Below, in pieces: positions 41,340-51,967 of a stretch of 64,000 nucleotides of DNA. The stretch comes from Utricularia gibba. Its lineage: Eukaryota > Plantae > Magnoliophyta. The notes beneath the pieces were generated by a model. It did no database searches. It was not told the origin of the DNA and saw only the letters and a program-made list of their open reading frames with translations. The position numbers and the translations under genes are program-made. The stretch lies in contig NEEC01000015.1 of NCBI GenBank assembly GCA_002189035.1, positions 1,922,001 through 1,986,000 on the forward strand. Reading direction: 5' to 3'. The first letter of the stretch is position 1. Each line of letters starts with the position of its first letter.

Positions 41340-41640
41340 GAAGTCGGGGATGGCACATCGTCGTGGTTCTAACGGTGTGCAGTCGATAAGTCAATCGAAG
41401 TGCGGGGGATCAGAGAAGAAATAGGACGCTGATGATAGATTCTCAAGGACGGAAATCCGGGGATGGATGAAGTTAAAGAAGCTCTTGATACCTTTGGCAA
41501 GAACAGAGACGCGTTCATTGATACAGGGGAGTTGCAGCAGATCCGCTGCAGGATGGGATCCAGAGGAGGAGTTGGGATAGATGATTGACTGCAGGAGGAC
41601 GACGACTCGGGTGATCGACGACAACGATGGGGCACAGGCC
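41340..41640 (+). pseudogene. Calmodulin-like (CML45/46-type) EF-hand pseudogene
   Basis: 41463-41588 reads MDEVKEALDTFGKNRDAFIDTGELQQIRCRMG...* (compare EEVKEAFDVFDENRDGFIDA.ELQRVL). A shifted frame then gives DCRRTTTRVIDDNDG (compare CRRMIRSFDENGDG). EF-loop residues are degraded. Confidence 0.65.
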
Positions 41641-42524
41641 TGTGTGCACTACGGGCCCCGTCGCGGGCTCTGCCGTCGCCGGGCTGGCCTTCCCCGCCAC
41701 CGGAACCGCCTTCTAATTTGGACTGGACGTGATGGGCTGGGCCCGCAAGTAAACGTCTACTAGATTACCGTTATACCCTCCCTGCTTCCCCTTCCTGTTC
41801 TTCGTCTCCGAACCAATTCTCTGCCGTCGTTCACCAGTCAGCCCGACTTCGCACAAGAAAAAGCTGCAATCTTGATACCTTTTTTTTTTTTTTTTTTTTT
41901 ACATATGACTACAAGAGTCGTTCCGGTCGGCGTGCCCTCTCGAATGTGCCTCAGTTGTCATCTCCGTCGACCAACATTACAAGAATTCTACTTTGTCGCA
42001 TTGGTATGAATCCGTGGTCAGTATTTTTACAGAACAATCGTCTGTCCGATTGGTATCAGTATAACCATGACATTGTAACATATTTTATGAACCTTCCACA
42101 GCCTCTTCGAAAATATTATTTAAGAGATGGCTGGTTTTCAATGGCAGAAGTCAAGAATCCCTCTAGCTGGGTCGCAGAAAGGACTACGCCTTTTGAATGA
42201 AGTGAAAGAGCAGTTAGAGAACTTGTGGGTACAAGAGAAATTTAATTGATCTGCCTAACTCCAGCATGGTTCCTGCCCTACGTACACAGAGTGTTAACTC
42301 CCACTGAACCACACCATGGTCTCACTTCCTTCAACAATCAGTTTCCCCATTGGTCATTACCCCCTCTCTTCAAACATTCAGCGGAGCTCCATTTATTTCC
42401 CTCTTCCCCTCCCTCACTTCATTCACCTTTGCCCTCCTAATTACCTTCTTCCCCAGCCCACCTTTCTTTACCGCAAGATGGCTCCTTCTTCCCTCCATCG
42501 TTAGCCTTGCATGGGCGGACTGGG

Positions 42525-42610
42525 CCGTGAAGCGCAGCCAAGGATGACTTGCCGGCGCAACAGCGCATGTTTGAGCTCCGGCAAGTCGTTTTTGGCTACG
42601 TCTCTCCCCA
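42525..42610 (+). ncRNA. MIR169: MIR169 precursor hairpin; mature miR169 (b/c-type) at 42535-42555
   Basis: Exact CAGCCAAGGATGACTTGCCGG; complementary arm CCGGCAAGTCGTTTTTGGCTAC at 42578-42599 closes a short loop. Confidence 0.93.
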
Positions 42611-43991
42611 GTTCTTTCATGTGAGATTTCCGGTGGTCATATCCAATGAAACCTAGATGAACTCAAGCGCATGCAGCGATGATACAATGTCCTTTATCCT
42701 GTTACATACTGAGATCCAAAACTTGAGCTTCCTGCAGTGGGAAAACTCGCCAAAAATGGAGGGCGTTCAGTTAGGGTTTCTTCCTTCGATTAGCTCATGT
42801 GTGTTACTGTAGAGATCACCCCAAGGTTAGGGTTCCTGAGATAGTTTTAGTGCATAATTAAACTGAACTAACCGATCACATTCTTACATTTTTATATCAT
42901 ACTTGATTTATTTATGTCTTTCCATTTGTAAAATATTTGGTTATCTCTCTAATCATATTTTTTAAAACTTTCTCTTATATACGTGTTTTAAAAATATATT
43001 TATAAAAATAATAATACTTTGAATATTGATTTGTATAATAAATACGTTTTCAACTATATTATTGATCTAAAAATAAATAATTCAAATACGTAATTAATTA
43101 AACCTTAATGTAAATAACGACATATTAGGGATAGGCGTGCCCATGCATCTTTGGCACGTGTGTAAATTGTCTACGTAATGACGGATTATCCTTTTCATTT
43201 AAAATTTTAAGGCATTGACCCTCACGTCCCCGTACGGTCAATTAATAGGAAGAGGTGCGATGCATCTCTTCCAGTGCGTGACGGCACTATCTCCACGTGC
43301 CTTAATTTATTTTTAATGCCATTTTTTCTATTGATTTAATTATATTACGACGTACAATCCCTAATAAATGAGAGTTACGTGCAGTATTCGACCCGCGGGT
43401 TCTTGACCCGACCCGACGAAAATGCGTAACAGGATCGATCTCCTTGGGTTCCCCTCGTGCTTGAATTCCATGGAGCCACGCTTCGTTTTGAGGTATTTGA
43501 GCAGAATATCCTCATGGAGCGATGTATTAAAAGAGAAGAATCCGATGATCCCGAGTGCCGTTTGCGACTGAAATTCGGTGGCATTAATTGTTGCTGGGAG
43601 GGGGCGTAGATCTCTGAAATTTTGGAGCCGACCGTGATTTGTCATCCTCCGTGACGCCATTGGGGTTTGGCGTTTTGCGTGGGTTGTCGTATTGGGTGGA
43701 GAAATTGGGGTCCAATATAGACCCAATTTGTGAATGGATTCTTGTCTGTTTCGATGGAGAAGAAATGGATGGCTTTGATTTAACTGATCCTCAGCCAACT
43801 TTGCACATACAGGAAATACAGATTACAGTTGAGAAGCTTGTAGAGTCAAGGGGGCTTTTACTTTTAGGGATAAGTATGATGTAAGATGGTGGCGTAGAAT
43901 TCGACTACGATTGATGGCGTGGTGATTCTGCTCAAGCGCTTTTGGTTTCGATATAATTGAAGTTCAGTTCGGTTATTCTGTGAACTGGGAA

Positions 43992-45012
43992 ATGGACGGA
44001 GAGCGCGACGAAGCGTTGATTCTGCCGCCAGGGTTCAGGTTTCATCCCACGGATGAAGAGTTAATTACTCACTACTTGTCTCCGAAGCTTGTTGACAGCA
44101 ATTTCAGCAGCATAGTTATGGGAGATGTGGATTTGAACAAAGTTGAGCCTTGGGATTTGCCCTGTAAGTTATTTGTTTCTGTGTTTGCATGTAGTAAGGT
44201 GTTCCATGGTGGGACTGACTGAATGATGAATTTTTCAGGGAAGGCGAAAATAGGGGAAAAGGAATGGTACTTTTTCTGCATCAAAGACAGGAAATACCCC
44301 ACTGGTTCGAGAACGAACAGAGCAACTGAAGCTGGGTACTGGAAAGCAACTGGAAAAGATAAGGAAATTTTTCGGGGGAAAGTGTTGGTGGGAATGAAGA
44401 AAACTCTTGTTTTCTACAAAGGAAGAGCACCTAGAGGAGAAAAGACTAACTGGGTTATGCATGAATACAGAGTAGAAAGCATGGATTCTTCCCACAATCC
44501 CTCCTCTAGAGTTGCTAACAAGGTAAAAAGAGCATCTTTTTTCTCCCCCCCGTTTTTGTTTTGTTCTTCTTAGGATTGACATAGTTTGTTCGACTCGACA
44601 GAGTGAATGGGTGATTAATAGAGTGTTTAAGAAGGGCTCAAATGGGAAGAAAGTACACATCTCTGGTTTATCTGAATCACCGTCATCTTGCTCCTCCGTC
44701 CAGCCGCCGTTTATCGACTTACCCTCCACCGCCGTAGCCGAGGTGACCAGCTTCTCCAACTCTCAGGAAGAGAGGGAAATGGGCGGCGAACTCAGCCCAT
44801 TCGAGGGTCATTCGAGTTGCAGGGAATCCGTTTTCCCGCAAGATCAGTCGTTCCTCACTCTGTTGCTGGAAAACTACCGCTCCTACGCGAGACAACACGG
44901 TGGGGAGGACGGATTCTTGCCTGAAAGTGATCTGTCCGCAGCCTTTGCAGATGGATTCCGGCCTTGGTATGAACAAGAATACCTGATCACCGACTGGATC
45001 ACTAACCGTTAA
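43992..45012 (+). CDS. NAC transcription factor, ORE1/NAC100/CUC (NAM) clade (exons 43992-44163, 44239-44522, 44602-45012)
   Basis: [65 protein letters not shown] and [12 protein letters not shown]. Confidence 0.93.
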
Positions 45013-45822
45013 GTTTCTAGTACTCTGTAAATGGTGAATACATACATACACACACACATCCACAAGCTTCAACATTGCTGTCAAGCAACAAAAGCACAGT
45101 AGGGTTTGATTGGCTTTGGCCTTTGTATTGTATATTTTGTGATTAGTGACTAATGTGGCTAAGCCTTTATATTTTACAACTGCTATTACTTGCAATTATA
45201 AATTAATAAAAATAATAATAAAACAGCAACATCGGTTTGGCTGATTCGGGTGGACCGGTGTGAAACCGGTCCAGCGGTTCTTCCGTGCCTGAATTCCTTC
45301 GCTAAAGTGGATTCTCTCAACCAAATCCATCCTCAGAATCTTGTAAAGCTACGTCCATCCTGATTTCAACTACTCTCCTTTTCTGAGTGCCGCTTCTTTA
45401 TTGTAATTTCCTGGCGCCAGCTTCAATTGTCTTCAATTTTTGAATTCTGTGTATGGGTTTTAATATTTTTGTGCCTGCATACAGGAAGGATTGTCTACGG
45501 TTGGCAAAAGCAAGGTGAAACGCCGTAGATGACCGATTTACGACAAGATAGGGAAAAAGTGTAAGTGCTCAACTATGACATGGGCTTTTCGTGTTTACTT
45601 TCTTGGTTTTGTACTCGGAGATCAATTCCTACTTCTGTTTTTTTTTTTTTTTCCTAAATTGGTGCCTGGTGTTAATCCTGAAAATAGGATAGTTTAACAT
45701 GCTGATTTTTTTGAAATACACGATCTTGCATTGTATGGGTTGCAATGGTTGCTTGTGGTATGCGAGCTACTTCGGATTTAACATAACAACTTGTAAAGCC
45801 TTTTCTCCAGAATTCTATAGCA

Positions 45823-48648
45823 ATGATGCAGAGGGATAGTGGACCAGTTCGGCAACGCAGGCGTAGAGCCTCAAATGAGGTCCGTTTGGTTTCGATATAT
45901 GAATTAAAACTAGGCCTTTTTGAAAATGAAGTGTATATTGTAATCGCGTGTTGCTTCATTTTGAAGCTCTATAAAGCATGTTTTAATCAGGAACTCTTTG
46001 ATTTTGTTAGAATCCAAGGGCAGGTATGCTGAGTTGTGATAAAGTTGAGTGTTGTTTTATGTTGGAGAAGACAAGTCATTTTACTTATCGTAGACCATGT
46101 AAAAGCAAATTACTCTTGTTTTGAAAAATTAACAAAATTTTCTATGCTCCAGACTCCGAATGAAGTTGGAGACACAAACGGGGTTCATTTGCTCGTTAAT
46201 GACAGTGGGAAGTACAAGTCGATGCTAGTGCGTGCATATTCAACATTTTGGATGATTCTAGGGTTCGCCTTGACTATATACATGGGTCACCTTTATATAT
46301 GGGCAATGGTGATTGTGGTTCAAATTTTTATGGCAAAGGAACTGTTTACTTTACGAAGGAAATCTCATGAAGAGAACAGGCTTCCAGGATTTTGGCTGCT
46401 GAATTGGTGGGCAACTTAGTTCCTCTCTGGAATTTTAAGTTAATCATGTTCTCATTTTTTACTGTTGTGTATTTTCAAAATATTATCTTCTTTTGGTTTG
46501 CCAATGGATCCTCAATCATAGCATGCCTATATATTAACATGTTCTCAGGTACCTGGCTTGCTGACATAGCTTTTTGTGGAATCAGTGTTCTAATTCTGGA
46601 ATAATTGTGCAGCACTTTATGCTTTTTTGTTTTTTCATATGTTAACCGAAAGGTTCTCCGTCTAAGTGTTTTTCCTAATTGTGAATCTGCTGCTTTTTTT
46701 TTTCCCCTTCAGGTACTTTTTCTTCACAGCCATGCTATTTGTCTATGGACGTATTCTCAACCAGCAGCTTGTGAATACTGTAACAACAGGGAATCATTGG
46801 TACAAACTTGTTGGCATGATCAGCAAATATCATATGGTTACGTGCTACTTCCTGTACATTGCAGGTGCTTGAAAATAATGCAGTTCTTTGCGTTTTCTTA
46901 TATTTTTTTTTCTGTAATATCCAAGTAAGGAAATACATACTTGATTATCAGCAGGCCTTTGGTAATTTAGAAGGGCTGATATATCTCAGCAATAAAATCT
47001 GGAAAAAGAATGAATATTGTCTGTTTTTTTGGATACAGGTTTTATTTGGTTTATTCTCTCGTTGAAGAAGAAGAGGTACAAGTATCAGTTTGGCCAATAT
47101 GCATGGACACACATGATACTGATTGTGGTGTTTGCTCAGTCATCTTTTACAGTGGCGATTATTTTCGAGGGAATTTTTTGGTAAACATTGTGTTTATTCT
47201 GTTTTGGGCTTGCTTTTGGTAATTTAAAAGCTATTCCTTAAAAAGTTTATTCTTTTTTGAATGTTCTGTTTTTTTATGACTTCGAGGTCCTACTTACCTG
47301 TGCTGTTTAAATGAATAGTTGTATTGTTGTTTCAAATATGAGTTTGGCAACAATGCAGGTTCCTTCTTCCTGCATCACTAATAGTCATCAATGACATCGC
47401 GGCTTATATTTTTGGATTCTTCTTTGGGAGAACCCCTTTGATCAAGCTCTCACCAAAGAAAACATGGGAAGGCTTTATTGGAGCATCTGGCACTTCTATA
47501 ATCTCTGCCTTTGTGGTGAGCAGTTTGTCTAGTTTTTGTCAGTTGAGGTCGGAATACTGGATGTTCATAGATGAGGATGTTGTTCAACTCTCAAAAAGTG
47601 TTTGCGCATCATTTGAACGAATAGTTATTTTCTTGAGCATTAAAATGGATCCATCAGATCTTTAATAACGGGATCATTCAGTGTGCTGCATTTCTTTCTT
47701 CTATATTTATAAAAGCTCAGGTGGATTGCTGTAACACTTTTTTCTTATCATTCGCAGCTTGCCAACTTTTTGGGTCAATTTCAGTGGCTAACTTGTCCTA
47801 GGAGGGTAAGTGATGGCTTGCTCCAAATTTTCTCTCAACATGTTTTTATTCTTTAAAGTTGATTGGAATGCACTCCTTTGTAGGATTTATCAACTGGCTG
47901 GCTTCATTGTGATCCTGGCCCGTTGTTTAAGCCTGAAACATTCACAGTCCCAGAGTGGTTTCCTAAATCGGCAAGTTCCTGACCTATTTCCTTAATTTAG
48001 AAGCATCTCCGTATATCTGATTCTGAAGTATGTTTTGTAGTTTCATGGGAGCAAAATCTCTATCTTGCCTGTTCAGTGGCATGCCCTATGGCTCGGTCTT
48101 TTTGCTTCGATCATAGCACCGTTCGGAGGATTTTTTGCTAGTGGCTTTAAGAGGGCTTTCAAGATCAAGGTTTTGACACCACCATCCTCATGACTGTTTT
48201 TCTTTTTCTTTTTACTTAAATATCATTTCTAGTATCCATAACATCTGTACAGGATTTCGGCGATAGCATTCCTGGGCATGGTGGAATGACCGATAGAATG
48301 GATTGCCAGGTAAATACCATCCTTGCATCATCAGTTGCCTACTCTGCTCATCTTGTCATGTATTTCATTGATACTAATCTGCAGATGGTGATGGCCGTTT
48401 TCGCATACATTTATCATCAGTCGTTTGTCGTGCCACAGTCCTTATCGACCGAGACCATCATGGACCTGGTAGATAACCTCACAATTCGCAAAATCACCAA
48501 GCAACTTATCTCGTATGCAAATCCACCTATCTAGTTCTCATTTTTTGTGTAGATTATATCAAGTCTCACGATGGAGGAGCTACAAGCGCTGTACACGAAA
48601 GTGGGTCGTATAATCATGGAGAAGCAGTTGAGATCGCCTACAAGCTGA
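45823..48648 (+). CDS. CDS: Phosphatidate cytidylyltransferase (CDP-diacylglycerol synthase, CDS1-3 type); one GC-AG intron
   Basis: [55 protein letters not shown]|[19 protein letters not shown]. Confidence 0.92.
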
Positions 48649-49210
48649 AGGAAACAGTCAATGGCAGTACCAATAAATCTTACAGCCCATTGCCTTGTTT
48701 TTTCTCTCCTTCCATCTCCCTCTTGCGCCTGTACAGTAACATCGCACCACTAACTCTGATCACAGCTTTTCACTGATCCAACATTTCTGATACCCGTTGC
48801 TTCTGTTGTAGAGGGATCTTACGACCTTTATACAAGATACTTGAAGCAATACACATTGAATGAAGAACGAGTTCCTTGATAGGAACAACTGATTTACATG
48901 AAATTGCACATCTTGCTTTATAAAATAGTTGTTGAAAAACGCCATGCAAACTGTAGCACAGGTTCACCATGTGTAAGAAAAAAAATACAGTGACAACATT
49001 ACAACATCACTTGGACATTCTGCCTACTTGAGACAAGCTACGTACAAGGTGATAGGTATACAAATTGAAAATTATTCACATTTCTAATTCATGAAACTGA
49101 CAGCACCATATCATATATTTCTTTTTCCCCTGTTTCACTTCTTGAGTTCCAGTATTTTTCTCCCTTGGGTTTGAAATCGGCAAAGAAGCAGCTTCTACAA
49201 ACTATAGGTA

Positions 49211-50976
49211 TCATGCTATTACCTCATCTCCCTTGAGGTGTAGAGTATCTGGTTTTTGTTCCGGGATCACAGGATGAGATTGCGATGCTCCGCTTCCTGG
49301 CATTGTTTTGAATGGCTGCGAACTTGTGCTTGCCGTGGGATGAGGATGGCTGCCGCTTCTCCCCAGGGGGAGGTCATGGGTGTGCTTTCCCTCGTATGTA
49401 GTTATGACAGATTTGGGGTCAGTTGAGGCTCGCTCAACATGCTTGCGAACTTTGCAGCCCGCATACGTGCATCTGTAGTAGCTCCTGCAAGGAGTTGGTT
49501 TATTTTGACTTCAGAATCCATGTTCATTCTTTTACATTAATGAATCCTCACCTCGGATAAGGATTGCCCTTCACTACTTTCTGCCCATATTTTCTCCATC
49601 TGTATCCATCATCCAAAAGATCAACTTCACTTCTTGTCTTCAGGACGATCTTTGATTCCATTACAGTTTGATGTGCCTGTCCGATTTCTGTGCTCCTATT
49701 TCATATAAAAGAAACCATTATACAGCAGCCAGGGATGGCAACAAGATGCAGATAACAGCTAACCTTCTTTTGGCACTAGGCATATCTTCCTCTTTCTCCA
49801 CAGATGCAGCATTGTTTTGAAAATCACTAGGCATGGTGCCATACTCAAATGGCTCTTGAACAGTTTCTTGGAAGCTTGAACCCTCAGATGGGAAGCTTAC
49901 AACTCCTTGAAGTCTGTTGCCTTCAGTATGCTCTTGTGATGGTAAAATAGGCCTCTGCTGGGAGACTCCTGTTCCATCCATGGAGCCATGCTCCCTCACC
50001 CTTTTACTAGGCTGAGGCAGATCATGGTTATGCTGCCCCTTGTACGTAATCTCGGATATTCGACCATCTATGGATCGTTCTACTTTCTTCCTGACAGGAC
50101 AATCTGGGTGTGTGCATTTATAATAACTCCTTGGGCACTCACTAGCCTTGACTTGTTTCTGACCATATTTTCTCCAGTTATACCCATCATTGACAGGTTT
50201 ATCACCAACAGAAGAAGCAGTTTTATGATCAGACGACGATACTAAGCTCTGTTCCTGAGGAAAAGATGCTAAATTCTCAAGAGGCGTATTTGTTGGGTTG
50301 GCTTCAGATGCTTCCACAGAAGAGGGCAACTCTTGCTGCTGAACTTCGGATTGCATCTGTTTGAATGACTGAGAAAGAGCTGCCTGTGCAGTAACATGAG
50401 CCAGAGCTTGCTGGTGTGACATTCCAAAGGGGCTCTGCTTCAAAGCAAATGCAATTCTCAATCTCAATACTTATGATACCAAACTTTATTCTAAGAAACC
50501 CTATTTATAAAATGGCCAGATCAATTTCCCAAAATTCGATTTGCAGACAGCTCAAAATCATACCTGAAGTGGGGACAAGAGCACAGGGGAGTTGAGCAAA
50601 CCAGAGGGGCTCATTCCCAGCAATAGAGGACTAAGGTTCTCCGGCAGCTGGCGTGGCGGAGCAACTACCAAACTAGGTGGGCGGTTCCGTTGAAGCCCAC
50701 GTTCCTTATCTTTGTCGAAATCATCCTGGGAAAACCCACCGGCAAAAGGAGGCGGCTTGGGGCAGCGAGCGGCGAAGCCATAGCTCCGACCAAAAGCTGG
50801 GAGAAGGAGAAGTGAGTTTGGTCGGGAAACAGAGAGGAAACCAAGGTCATGGGGCCTGGGCTGAAGCTGCCGTTTGCGAAAAACATTTCCATGGAGGCAC
50901 GTGGCGGCAGATGGATCTTCGGCTTGGGCTTGGAAGCTGCTGAAGCTGAAGAAGCATCATCCTCCTGGTGACCCAT
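49211..50976 (-). CDS. Group I WRKY transcription factor (WRKY3/4/58-like); -1 frameshift at 50759-50762
   Basis: LPPRAS...[29 protein letters not shown] and two WRKY domains ([21 protein letters not shown]; [14 protein letters not shown]|[10 protein letters not shown]). Confidence 0.9.
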
Positions 50977-51337
50977 TTCTGGAATCCTTTTAACAACTTC
51001 GCGTCCAATTTCTCCGATTGCAATCAAAAGCAGATGCTCTTTATGCACGCCAATCCACTTATTTTAGACGTGTAAAGAGCGGAGGGAGATGGGCCACTGC
51101 GACCGAATTTAACAGCGAGGTGGAGAAACGAAGTACATCACATTTAAAGGTAACTAACAGGCGACAACATTAAAGTTCGGAAACAACATTGAAATTCAAA
51201 GTTCCAAAATGCAATCCTCAGTGCTATTGCATCATTTAAATATTCCGAAACGCTAGAAATTGTGGTTGCTCATGCTCTGTATGCATAAACTCAGCAGTGG
51301 AACGCGAAAAACAGCAGCAAGTCTTGTGTGCCAAAAG

Positions 51338-51409
51338 AGGTCCCACCGGGATTCGAACCCAGGTCGCTGGATTCAAAGTCCAGAGTGCTAACCACTACAC
51401 CATGGAACC
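51338..51409 (-). tRNA. trnQ-UUG: tRNA-Gln (anticodon TTG), 72 nt
   Basis: Reverse complement is GGTTCCATGGTGTAGTGGTTAGCACTCTGGACTTTGAATCCAGCGACCTGGGTTCGAATCCCGGTGGGACCT: acceptor stem, A box, anticodon loop CTTTGAA, GTTCGAA T-loop, followed by TTTT. Confidence 0.97.
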
Positions 51410-51967
51410 GTGAATATGAGGGGCCATTGGACGATCATTAATCAACAAACATTAAGAATTACCAATCTCGAAGAAAGTAAAAGAAATTTTATTTATCATC
51501 ACACAAAGCCCAACTCAATGTAAGAAAGAATATAAATGTGTGTGACAATTGACAAGGATAGGGAGGGGTAGTATAGGTAATTCCCTAACTCAACCGTAAG
51601 GACTAACCAAAAGAATCAACCCCGGAAAGTTGGTGAACCATCCACAAAAAAACACAAGTAAAACAAATGAGGATGAGCAGAAGATGGATTGGGAGTCATG
51701 GTGCTTCTGGGCAACACCAGCAATTCAATGGAAAGCTCCAAATCACTTCAGATGGGAAGAGGGCAATCCGCCTTTATCAACATGTGAACAAATCTGCTAC
51801 TTTACACAGAGTAATAGAACGCATTCCCTTCTGACTGACTGGTCTGTATCAAGGAAGCTGTGGCAATGGAGGTGAACTTTCAACTGCAAAAAGATGTCCC
51901 CCATTCTGCGCATCCCCGCCGACAAAAAATTCCGTACCACTTGAGCGAGATGGGCTTTGGAGATCAA

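Noticed and set aside
43247-43273. Imperfect palindrome GGAAGAGGTGCGATGCATCTCTTCC upstream of the NAC gene
   Set aside because: Too short for a miRNA hairpin or MITE; no TSD.
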